Part shown: positions 27,990 through 36,448 of the stretch, piece after piece | Numbering within the stretch: the stretch's first letter is position 1 | Layout of the letters: each line of letters begins with the position of its first letter | Origin: a virus | Lineage: Duplodnaviria > Caudoviricetes | Length of the DNA stretch: 64,000 bases | IMG/VR virus record: IMGVR_UViG_3300044719_000253 | Span: 64,001 to 128,000 of that record | Strand: one strand, 5' to 3' | Notes under the pieces: model-generated | What the model saw: the letters and a program-made list of their open reading frames with translations, nothing else | Databases searched by the model: none | Told to the model about the DNA's origin: nothing | Position numbers and translations under genes: made by a program

Positions 27990-28763
27990 TTACACGTTGA
28001 AGTAATTCAGAACACGCTGACGCGATTCTTCCTTGATACGTGGGTTCTGGAACGCTTGGGCCAGGTTGACGTGACGCAGCGCCAGTTGACGTGATTGCGG
28101 TGCCGCCAGAGCCGTGAGGGCCGACAACAGGTAGCGGAAATGCGCTATCGTTTTCGACGGCATCACGACGTGTGGCGTGTAACGATGAATGTTTTCGTCG
28201 CTGAACACGCCTTTCAGGTTGGCTTGAATCAACTGCATGGCCAGACCGAACACAGCGTCGAAGTCTTCGGCGCGCGTGTTGATGATTTGCAGCAGCGTGT
28301 AATACAGATTCATCTGGACCTGACCACCGCGCTCACTCGGCATCGTGACCTTGGCCGACATCGCCTCGATGTAGTCCTTCAGTTCATGGATGGCGAGCTG
28401 CGACGACGGCGAGCACGACAGCGGCAGCTGGAAACGGTCCACCGGCATCGGCGGGACTTTGGCCATACCGGCCGGGATCGTCACCGGTTCTTGGACGGGG
28501 GCAGTTTCGGCGACTTCATCAACACCGTCGTCTTGCCCATCATCGGGGCCATCTTCCTTCTGATCGCCAGAGACATCACCCGCCTGGCCCGCGTCTTGTT
28601 CGCCACCGGCGGTGTCTTCCTTGACTTGCTCATCCGTTTTAGCGGCGTCTTGCGTTGGTTCGCCAACGGGCGCGTCGACCGGCTGCATGTCTTCGTAAGG
28701 ATTGTTCATGTTGGTTTCCTTTTTAGCTTGCGCTTGAGCGCGGTTTTTGGATTTGCTACCCAT
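27990..28763 (-). CDS. Conserved protein (phiKZ gp81-like)
   Basis: Acidic disordered N-terminus plus ELKDY..GGQVQMNLY..RQRVLNYFNV domain. Confidence 0.65.
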   Translation of the reverse strand: MGSKSKNRAQAQAKKETNMNNPYEDMQPVDAPVGEPTQDAAKTDEQVKEDTAGGEQDAGQAGDVSGDQKEDGPDDGQDDGVDEVAETAPVQEPVTIPAGMAKVPPMPVDRFQLPLSCSPSSQLAIHELKDYIEAMSAKVTMPSERGGQVQMNLYYTLLQIINTRAEDFDAVFGLAMQLIQANLKGVFSDENIHRYTPHVVMPSKTIAHFRYLLSALTALAAPQSRQLALRHVNLAQAFQNPRIKEESRQRVLNYFNV

Positions 28764-28787
28764 ACATTACTCCATTCAAAAATAGGG

Positions 28788-30119
28788 TCAGAGGATACGC
28801 AACTTGTAGTCGTATTTCTTCAGGATCAGGGCTTTACCGTGGTTGGCCTTCATGAACATCAGCATGATGGTCGAACCAAAGTCAGCAATCGCGGAGGACG
28901 AACCAGTCGGATTTTCTTCCAGACGCGGACCCACACACGTCGCGCAGTAGTCGGTGTGTGGGTGGATGCAATACATCGGTGAACGCATCATGAGTTTCTT
29001 ACCCATGTACTGATCGATGACTTCTTCCGTCAACCGCACCGTAGTGCCGTTTCCCACCAAGGCACTGAAGTTCAAATACTTCTTGCGCAGCTCTGGAGTC
29101 AGGACAAGTTCCCGCCCTCGTTTTGTGCCACAATCCCCCGGCAGGATATTGATGTTGGACGAAGCCCGTTGCAGCCACTTCACCGCCTCACCACCGCGCA
29201 TGGTTTCAGCGCCGCGGTTAAACGAACCTGCACGCAGATTGTTCACCATGGCTGGCAACTTATTAATATCCCAACCTTCATCCAGCGAGTTCGGCACGAG
29301 TTCCATGTCTTGACCATCACCCAGACCAGCTTCGGCACCGACCATCAAGAACTTCTTAGCCCGCACCACCTCGAACGACTTGGCTTTGATCAAGAAATTC
29401 AAGGTGTCATCACCCTTGAGCCATTCACTGTCGAGGGCGCGCAGATCCTTCAGTGCCTGCGCAGCAGCGGTTGGATCGATGTTCTTGGCATTCGGATCGA
29501 TGTTGTACTTCTTAAAGATCGCCGCTTTGGCTTCTTTCAAGCCCGGGGGTGGTAACAACGCTTTCTCGGTACCGCCGGTGACCCAAAGATTGGCGAAGCC
29601 CGACATGAAGGTCATGGCATCAGCAAACTTCAAATACTCACGCACGTAGATCGGCGCGACTTCGGGTTTCGCTCTCGGCAGGGCGCCGTCGGGTGGATCA
29701 TCTTGCAGCCGGGGTAGAATCAAATCTTCGATCTTGTCAGGTTTGATCCGGCCGAGCAGGAACGGGATCTTTCCGCCGAAGGGATACACCAGTAACATGC
29801 AGTTCGCCAGTACATTACCGTAACTGGTTTCCACATCTTGGTAGAGGTTGGGCAACGCACCAACTTTAAGCAATAGCTTGTCGGCTTTATTAAACGGCGC
29901 TGTACCGGCCGTGGTGCCTTCCAGGGGCAGCAATTCCCCGGGTCGCTCCGGATCGACAAAGAACACCCCAGTCGGAAGTTGAACGATGCGGTAAGCGTAC
30001 GGGTCGGCCTTATACGCATCAGGCGCTTCTTGGGTTAAAGCAAACGCACTGATCACCCAGTTCTTATGCCGATACATCTCGGCCCGCATGGCGGCGAGAA
30101 AATAGTCTTCACGTTTCAT
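28788..30119 (-). CDS. Virion RNA polymerase beta' middle subunit (phiKZ gp80-like)
   Basis: NLRAGSFNRGAETMRGGE (bridge-helix-like), DCGT...RSPMYC....CATCVG zinc site as in beta' C-terminal half. Confidence 0.85.
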   Translation of the reverse strand: MKREDYFLAAMRAEMYRHKNWVISAFALTQEAPDAYKADPYAYRIVQLPTGVFFVDPERPGELLPLEGTTAGTAPFNKADKLLLKVGALPNLYQDVETSYGNVLANCMLLVYPFGGKIPFLLGRIKPDKIEDLILPRLQDDPPDGALPRAKPEVAPIYVREYLKFADAMTFMSGFANLWVTGGTEKALLPPPGLKEAKAAIFKKYNIDPNAKNIDPTAAAQALKDLRALDSEWLKGDDTLNFLIKAKSFEVVRAKKFLMVGAEAGLGDGQDMELVPNSLDEGWDINKLPAMVNNLRAGSFNRGAETMRGGEAVKWLQRASSNINILPGDCGTKRGRELVLTPELRKKYLNFSALVGNGTTVRLTEEVIDQYMGKKLMMRSPMYCIHPHTDYCATCVGPRLEENPTGSSSAIADFGSTIMLMFMKANHGKALILKKYDYKLRIL

Positions 30120-30952
30120 TTGGCATACCCAGTCATCAGTTGCCGTACTTCGATCATGGTTTCAGAAATCAACTTCAAGTCGGGAATGAATTGTTCCAGA
30201 CTGGCTTTCACGGTCTCGCCAGGATTGCCATAACCGTCACTGGAGATCAGCGCTGCGGCAAACAACTCACGAGCGATTTGATAACCGGGCATGGTCAGAA
30301 TCGGTTGACGTCCATCGATCAGCTTGGCGTACAACTCGTAACTCATGCCAGGTTGAGTCCCTGCCGCCAGAATCGCCGGTACTTGGATGATCGTGGCACC
30401 TAAGGCTTGCAAATAAATCTCGAACAGCCGGTACGCGTGAATGCGTTCCCGGCGCTCGTGCAAGTCATCGGCGTCTTCTTCCAGTTCCGCCCGGTTGATA
30501 TTCTTTAAGCGACTAAAGAACATCTCCGAGACATCGTCGATGAGTTGCATGAATTGTTCCGCCGACCATGTGGTCACGCGATTGAGCATCTCCGCCAGTT
30601 TCTCTACTGGCCGGGTTTCCGCATCAGCAATCTTGAAGAACTGCTGAGGAGATTCGGTATTGTCAATACTTAACAAGCCAGAGACGATTTCGGTCTTTTG
30701 TTGGAGCGTACAGTCCTCCACCAACTGCACCGCGTGTAATCCGAGCAAATAATCCAGACCGCGGTGATAGGTGTTAAGGATTTCCAGCAACGGACCCCCA
30801 GAGTCCATGCCTTCGGCGGTCATCAGAATCTCTTCAATGACATGTTCATAGTCCATCTCGGCGCGCTGGAGTACCTCGTCCGCGGCTTTGATCATCGCTT
30901 TCTCTTCCACCGTGCTCTGGCTCGAAAGAAAGTCGCTGAGTAAATCTAACAT
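30116..30952 (-). CDS. Conserved protein (phiKZ gp79-like)
   Basis: 278 aa; 4-nt overlap with the vRNAP gene; synteny. Confidence 0.55.
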   Translation of the reverse strand: MLDLLSDFLSSQSTVEEKAMIKAADEVLQRAEMDYEHVIEEILMTAEGMDSGGPLLEILNTYHRGLDYLLGLHAVQLVEDCTLQQKTEIVSGLLSIDNTESPQQFFKIADAETRPVEKLAEMLNRVTTWSAEQFMQLIDDVSEMFFSRLKNINRAELEEDADDLHERRERIHAYRLFEIYLQALGATIIQVPAILAAGTQPGMSYELYAKLIDGRQPILTMPGYQIARELFAAALISSDGYGNPGETVKASLEQFIPDLKLISETMIEVRQLMTGYAK

Positions 30953-31176
30953 AATGGTTCACCTTGTGAAAAAGGGAAAGCGTGGGTCAAATGATGGGGG
31001 TCGCACACCCATTCTCTGACACGTTAAATGTTGATTTCTCGACAAATTGGATATTGTAAAAAAATATCTATCAAGTGCCATGCTCTGACAGTTGCCTTAA
31101 ATCAAGGCTTTTTAAAGAGACAACGTCTCACAGAGCAGTTTATTACAAAAATTGTAGTATTGCGGAGCTAGGGATT
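30953..31176. promoter_or_regulatory. AT-rich divergent promoter region with a structured leader
   Basis: Non-coding gap between divergent genes; three-way junction at 31081-31137 and a further hairpin at 31141-31159. Confidence 0.5.
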
Positions 31177-31752
31177 ATGACCAAGAAAAGTCAGGCGCGT
31201 ATGAAACGCGATGAAGTGAAAGAAGAAGCCAAGAGCCAAGGAATCGTCGGGATCTATGATCACTTGAATTCCATGTACACGAGTCAAATGCGGTTGTTCG
31301 AACAATACCGTAAGCTGATCGAGATCATCACCCATGACACCGTGGTACCGTTCTTGAAAAACATCACGCGGGTGGACACACTGCTCAAGGGATTCAATGT
31401 CGATATCGGCGATCTGCTCGACAAGACCCGCGTCACCCACAGCCTGCACACCGGCAAAACCGGGTTCGGTAACCCGGACGATGAAAACGAGTACTTCACC
31501 AACCTGCAACTCCAGCAAGACTACGTGGTCTATATGGGCGTGCACCAGCAGAACCTGCTGCCAGTGCTGTTGGAACTGCAAGAACATCTGAGTGGTGCAC
31601 TGGCCAAGATGCGATCGGTCGAAGCCGAAGCTGCAGCCACCACGCAAGCGCTCGACCAGCAACCGCTGATGCAGGCGCCCGTGGAAGCGGCAGCGGCCGA
31701 ACCTGCGGTTACGGGAAATCCGTACGAACAACCTGCTATCGATACCAAATAA
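31177..31752 (+). CDS. Hypothetical protein (phiKZ gp78-like)
   Basis: Start reassigned to MTKKSQ at 31177 (GGAG/AGGG upstream); helical, with an acidic tail. Confidence 0.55.
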   Translation: MTKKSQARMKRDEVKEEAKSQGIVGIYDHLNSMYTSQMRLFEQYRKLIEIITHDTVVPFLKNITRVDTLLKGFNVDIGDLLDKTRVTHSLHTGKTGFGNPDDENEYFTNLQLQQDYVVYMGVHQQNLLPVLLELQEHLSGALAKMRSVEAEAAATTQALDQQPLMQAPVEAAAAEPAVTGNPYEQPAIDTK

Positions 31753-31755
31753 ATC

Positions 31756-33372
31756 ATGACCGACCTCACCAATGTCCCGCCGCCGGGCGGGATTGAACAA
31801 CTCGATGAAGTCGCTGGCAGTACATCGTTAACTGACAGTACGCCGGCCCCGGTGGCGGACACCGAGACCTCGGCCGCGCTGGGCACTGAGCCGGTTCCTA
31901 CCGAACCAACACCGGTGACGGCGCCGGAAACCGCAGACACACCCGATGAAGCCTTCAAATGGCCGGCGCCGGACGCTCTCAACAACGCCACCACCGAGAC
32001 CGAGTACTTCTCCCCTATCGATGCAGATAAGTGGGATGATCTGGCGGCCACGATCGCTTTGCCGCCGGATACCCAAGCGCGTACCCTCAACTTCGGATCG
32101 CTGAATCCGCATGGCGAAGATCTGGTCAATACTCCGGAAGGCGAGCAATGGGCAGAAGTGATTTCGGAAGGTCTGGATCATGGCTCGTTCCACGATAACC
32201 TGCTGGCTGCCGCCAAACGCGAAGGGGCCAACTGGCAACAGCGTATCATGGTCGATGGTCGTCCACTCTCGATCGCAACGCCACGTCTGGGGGAAGACGA
32301 TGGTCCGCTGCTGACTGGCGAACGCGCCATGTTGCGGGTGAATGCGCTGATGGGGCGCGGTTCGATCATGTCGATCCCGCTCTGGCATTCGGGCTTCTGG
32401 ATCACGCTTAAGCGTCCGGGTGAGATTGATCTGCTCGATACGCTGCAAACCATCACGGAAAACAAGATCAGCTTCGGCCGCTCCAGCAATGGTCTGGCCT
32501 TTGCCAATCACGTGGTGGTCAGCCAAGGCGCGGTGATGGATCTGGCCATGCGCAATCTGTTCGAAACTTCGGTCAAAGGCTTTAACACGATCGATATGAT
32601 TCGGGCCAACATCAGCGCACTCGATATCCCGCTGATCGCCTGGGGTCTGGCTTGTGTGCTGCATCCGCGTGGCTTCCAGTTCGAACGAGCGATTCTTGAC
32701 GCCAATGGCACCAAAGCCAAGGTCGTGCGGGAACTGCTCAACGTGGGCACGTGCCTGCGGATCGACAGCAACAGCTTGAACGACTGGCAAGTCAAGCACA
32801 TGAGCCAACGCCGGACCGGCTCGATGATGCCTGAGTCGCTGAAAATTTACCGTGAGCATTTCGCACGCGGTAAACCGAAGTCGATCATGCTCGATGACAA
32901 AGTTGGCATGACCATGCGGGTCCCGAGTGTGGATGAATACATCAACGCCGGGCAACGCTGGGTCGATGAACTGGTTACCGCGGTCACGCAAGCTTTTACT
33001 CAGGATCTGTCCGAGCAACAACGCAACAACATGATTCTGGACCGGGCTAAAGCCACCTCGATGCGCCAATACGTGCACTGGATCGACACGATCGATCTGC
33101 CGGCCAGTGGGCAAGCCATCAAAGACATCGCCACCATTGAAATGACGGTGTCGAGTCTGTCGGGTGACGATGATGCGCGGGCGAAGTATTACGAGGCCAT
33201 GCGCAGCTTCATCAATGATTCGGTGATCGCTATCATCGGGGTGCCGCAAGTCCATCCGGAAGAAGCCGATCAAGTCAAACCGCGGTTCGAGAACATCATC
33301 CCGCTCGACCCGGTTTCGGTTTTTATCAGCCTCCTTTACCAAAAGACTCAACAAATCCGACAGCGTCCATAG
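31756..33372 (+). CDS. Conserved core protein (phiKZ gp77-like); possible tail/baseplate assembly chaperone
   Basis: 538 aa; IPLWHSGFWITLK motif; the chaperone role is inferred from its arrangement with the downstream ORF. Confidence 0.65.
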   Translation: MTDLTNVPPPGGIEQLDEVAGSTSLTDSTPAPVADTETSAALGTEPVPTEPTPVTAPETADTPDEAFKWPAPDALNNATTETEYFSPIDADKWDDLAATIALPPDTQARTLNFGSLNPHGEDLVNTPEGEQWAEVISEGLDHGSFHDNLLAAAKREGANWQQRIMVDGRPLSIATPRLGEDDGPLLTGERAMLRVNALMGRGSIMSIPLWHSGFWITLKRPGEIDLLDTLQTITENKISFGRSSNGLAFANHVVVSQGAVMDLAMRNLFETSVKGFNTIDMIRANISALDIPLIAWGLACVLHPRGFQFERAILDANGTKAKVVRELLNVGTCLRIDSNSLNDWQVKHMSQRRTGSMMPESLKIYREHFARGKPKSIMLDDKVGMTMRVPSVDEYINAGQRWVDELVTAVTQAFTQDLSEQQRNNMILDRAKATSMRQYVHWIDTIDLPASGQAIKDIATIEMTVSSLSGDDDARAKYYEAMRSFINDSVIAIIGVPQVHPEEADQVKPRFENIIPLDPVSVFISLLYQKTQQIRQRP

Positions 33373-33398
33373 AAGTCATCAGCCATGTCGCCCACCCG

Positions 33399-33830
33399 AT
33401 GTTCGGCGCCGAGTTCCTCGAAGAACCGACGCGGGTGGTCGAATTCTTTATCAGCACGCTCCAGCCGCTTTTGGCGCGTAAGGGTAAGATGACTGCAGTG
33501 GAAGCGTCGTTAATGTTACACCGTGCCTATTTGCTGCGTTACAACTTGGCCACTGGGGCTGAGTTAGATAACAACCCGGCGGCGTTGTTTAAGTTCCGGG
33601 AAGCGGAAGATCCGTATGTTGGTACTATGCTCGAAGACCATTTCGAACAGTTCCTGGATTTGGAAATCTTCCAGTACATGACGTGGGAGCAGTACATCAA
33701 CCTTCCACGGCATGAGTTGCAGATGGTGCGGCGCGTAGCAGAACGACGTCGGAAGCAAAAAAATAATGTTGACAGCAATTCTGTAAGAGATGCTGAAAAC
33801 ATGATGCGTAACATGGGCTTAGGGAGATAA
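33399..33830 (+). CDS. Conserved protein (phiKZ gp76-like); possibly translated as a -1 frameshift extension of 31756..33372
   Basis: No SD before the ATG; frame open back to 33219; MTWEQYINLPRHEL resembles gpT/gp51-type chaperone extensions. Confidence 0.55.
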   Translation: MFGAEFLEEPTRVVEFFISTLQPLLARKGKMTAVEASLMLHRAYLLRYNLATGAELDNNPAALFKFREAEDPYVGTMLEDHFEQFLDLEIFQYMTWEQYINLPRHELQMVRRVAERRRKQKNNVDSNSVRDAENMMRNMGLGR

Positions 33831-33832
33831 CC

Positions 33833-34276
33833 ATGGGGATCCGATATATCGAGAAAGGTGACTTGTTCACCAGTGGCGCCCAAGTGCTGGTGTGCCCCAC
33901 CAATGCTGCGGGTGTGATGGGGAATGGCTTAGCGCGGTATTTTCGAAATCGGGTCCCGGGTCTCTTTGGTGCCTATCAACGCCATTGCTCGCGGCATCGC
34001 CCCAGTCAAATGGTGCCGTTCGTGTTTCCTACGGACGACTTCATTGTGTACTGTTTGCACACCAAGCGCAAATGGTGGGAAGATTCCTCGACGACCATTG
34101 TCCGAAATGGTTTGCTCAAGTTCATCGCTTGGTGCGAACAAGAGCAGATTGACTCAGTGGCGTTGCCAGCGTTGGGTTGTGGTAAAGGAGGGCTTGATTT
34201 TTATCGGGATGTTAAACCGATCATGCACGAACTCCTGAAAGAGTCGAACATGTCCATTACGGTGTACTGTTCGTAA
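33833..34276 (+). CDS. Macrodomain protein, DarG/TARG1-like ADP-ribosyl glycohydrolase
   Basis: KGDLF, PTNAAGVMGNGLA, HTKRKW and LPALGCGKGGL are macrodomain signatures. Confidence 0.85.
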   Translation: MGIRYIEKGDLFTSGAQVLVCPTNAAGVMGNGLARYFRNRVPGLFGAYQRHCSRHRPSQMVPFVFPTDDFIVYCLHTKRKWWEDSSTTIVRNGLLKFIAWCEQEQIDSVALPALGCGKGGLDFYRDVKPIMHELLKESNMSITVYCS

Positions 34277-34336
34277 ACAAAAAAAGAAAGACGCATACGG
34301 CCTCCCTACCCGTGCGGGTAGGGAGGTTATGCCGTC
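34277..34336. terminator. Bidirectional terminator
   Basis: A-run, GACGCATA, stem CCTCCCTACCC-GTGC-GGGTAGGGAGG, TTATGCCGTC. Confidence 0.8.
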
Positions 34337-34796
34337 ACACGGAGTCATGATCGGATAAGGTCGGGAGCACATCGAACAACATCATTTTACCGTCGCGTTG
34401 ACCGGGTAAGAGATAACGTAAAGGTGGATCGGTTTCATTGGACTGGGGGAATTGACCAAACAACAAATAATCACGCAAAGCGATTGCGGCTTGATCGAGC
34501 TTGGTCAACGGGTAGGCACAGGTGGCGTGTGCGGGGCTGGGATGGCGCCAGACGCGTCCCACGGTCACGCTGACATGGTCACCCACGTCTTCTAAAAAGA
34601 CATTCCGGACCCCAAACGGGTCGCCCGGGGCTTCGGTCACATACAGACTGAGTTTGGTGAGGATCCGCTCTTGATGGGCGAATTGACCCATTAACACTTT
34701 ACCTTGGGTCAGCTTGATGCCATCGGTGATCACTTGGAGAATCTTAAGAAGTGCTGCCGTGCCCGATTGTTTCGGGCTGGTATGAATAAGGGCCAT
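34335..34796 (-). CDS. Hypothetical protein
   Basis: 153 aa ORF bounded by terminators on both sides; no recognised motif. Confidence 0.5.
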   Translation of the reverse strand: MALIHTSPKQSGTAALLKILQVITDGIKLTQGKVLMGQFAHQERILTKLSLYVTEAPGDPFGVRNVFLEDVGDHVSVTVGRVWRHPSPAHATCAYPLTKLDQAAIALRDYLLFGQFPQSNETDPPLRYLLPGQRDGKMMLFDVLPTLSDHDSV

Positions 34797-34832
34797 GCCG
34801 AGTGTCTCGTTATGCTGTTAATGGAAGGAGAC

Positions 34833-34883
34833 AAAAAAATAAAACCGTCACAGCATAGAGAGACACCCGAAGGTGTCTCTCTC
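34833..34883 (-). terminator. Intrinsic terminator after the helicase
   Basis: Stem GAGAGACACC-CGAA-GGTGTCTCTC; the minus strand continues TATGCTG..TTTTATTTTTTT. Confidence 0.8.
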
Positions 34884-34885
34884 GC

Positions 34886-36448
34886 TTAGATCATGGTGCC
34901 ATAGTAACGCGGTTCGTACTTCAAGGCCCGGGTGGCCAACAGTGCTTTCTTGTTCTGGTGATATTCGTGATGCTTGGCAAAGTCATCGCCCACAAAGTAC
35001 ACAAAGAACATTTTGCGCCCCAAGCTCGGGTCTTTCCGGTTCAAGTCCCGCAGTCGCCCAAATCCTTGGATATTGGTCGGCGAACTGTTCACGGCGGGTG
35101 TCATGATCACCGTGGTCAGTTGCGGGATGTCTTTGCCGGTGCCAGCCGATTTCAAGGTCGAGACAATGATATCGGCATTGATCAAGTTCTCGAACGGATC
35201 TTCCCCGACGAAACGCCGTACATCACGATGGCCATAGTCCTTCTTGATATACTCGGTAAAGAGCGTACACATCTCGATCGTGGCAAAATACACCAGACAG
35301 CGGTCACCTGGACGGTAATCCAAGTCGTAGGTGTAAATTAAGCTGTCGCGCGTCATCTGGAAATACGCCTTCAGCATCTCCTTCGACTTCATGATGCTCT
35401 TTTCGAACTCTACATGGGAATACGAGGCCATGCCACGTTGTAAGGTCCGAATCTCTTTCGGGCGCCGTACCGTGTAATGCAGGGAATACGCGTGGACGTA
35501 CTTGTTGAAGCCGCCTTTATCGAACCGTTGCTGCGGGGGATACGCCACCCGCATCATGTTGTTGATAAACTGATCATCGCTTTGCAGCGTGGCCGAGAGC
35601 GACACCGCGTTATTCACGTGGGTGTAGCAATCGAGCCGGAACATCAAGTGGAAATTCTCATGCACCTCGTCGATTACGCGCATGCCAATGCGTAAATGTT
35701 GAAAAAAAAGATACGGCGGGACTGCATAGCCGTGCTCTTCCTTCAGACGTGCAGCACTACCGCACTCTTCATACGCTTCGATATACAAGCGGAACGTGAT
35801 GGTGCTGACAATGATGGCGTCGTATGGAATGTCGCCATTATCTTCCCCCATCTCCAACAACGCGCGCAACGAGTTACCGCCCTGAATCACCGTGATACGT
35901 TTCTTATCGATGATACAGTTTTCGTCGAACGCCTTGAGCCATTGATCAATGTACTTGGGTTCCAGCATGATACACATGCGCTGACGGTACTTCGAGGCCG
36001 CCATCATAGTGAGTAGAGTCTTCCCACCTCCAGCTTGAAGGATCACGGCCTTGGTGGTCGGGCTGTACTCGCTCAGGATATAATCGATTGCCTCCTCTTG
36101 CAGTTCACTGGGTACGAAGTGCGGTTTGATCACCAGATGCATCGGGTCCGCCAAATACGGCTTGGCGGTTTCCCATTGGATCAACCCCGGAGCATCGAGG
36201 TTGTGACGGTACAACAGTTTCTTAAATGCCTCCAGATGGTTGATGTGGTAGCGGATCCGACCGCGTGAGGTGGTCGCGGCCTCATAGACCTTGTCCTCCC
36301 CACTTTTCATTACGCGGCCGTTACGGGTATAGGTTCTGGCAAATTGGGTCAGAGCGCGTTTGAATTCATCGCACGCAACTCTGACCCCCAGCGAAAGGTG
36401 GCTGACCACGAAATGATGCGTGGCCGCCACAACGATGGCTAAAGTCAT
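34886..36448 (-). CDS. SF2 (UvsW/RAD25-type) helicase (phiKZ gp75-like)
   Basis: Walker A QAGGGKT, Walker B DEVH, motif III SAT, SAGTGKDIP, motif VI QGFGRLR. Confidence 0.9.
   Translation of the reverse strand: MTLAIVVAATHHFVVSHLSLGVRVACDEFKRALTQFARTYTRNGRVMKSGEDKVYEAATTSRGRIRYHINHLEAFKKLLYRHNLDAPGLIQWETAKPYLADPMHLVIKPHFVPSELQEEAIDYILSEYSPTTKAVILQAGGGKTLLTMMAASKYRQRMCIMLEPKYIDQWLKAFDENCIIDKKRITVIQGGNSLRALLEMGEDNGDIPYDAIIVSTITFRLYIEAYEECGSAARLKEEHGYAVPPYLFFQHLRIGMRVIDEVHENFHLMFRLDCYTHVNNAVSLSATLQSDDQFINNMMRVAYPPQQRFDKGGFNKYVHAYSLHYTVRRPKEIRTLQRGMASYSHVEFEKSIMKSKEMLKAYFQMTRDSLIYTYDLDYRPGDRCLVYFATIEMCTLFTEYIKKDYGHRDVRRFVGEDPFENLINADIIVSTLKSAGTGKDIPQLTTVIMTPAVNSSPTNIQGFGRLRDLNRKDPSLGRKMFFVYFVGDDFAKHHEYHQNKKALLATRALKYEPRYYGTMI

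Noticed and set aside
24404-36448. Inteins in the DNA polymerase subunit or the helicase
   Set aside because: Lengths fit intein-free homologues and no C..HN/LAGLIDADG-type insert was seen.
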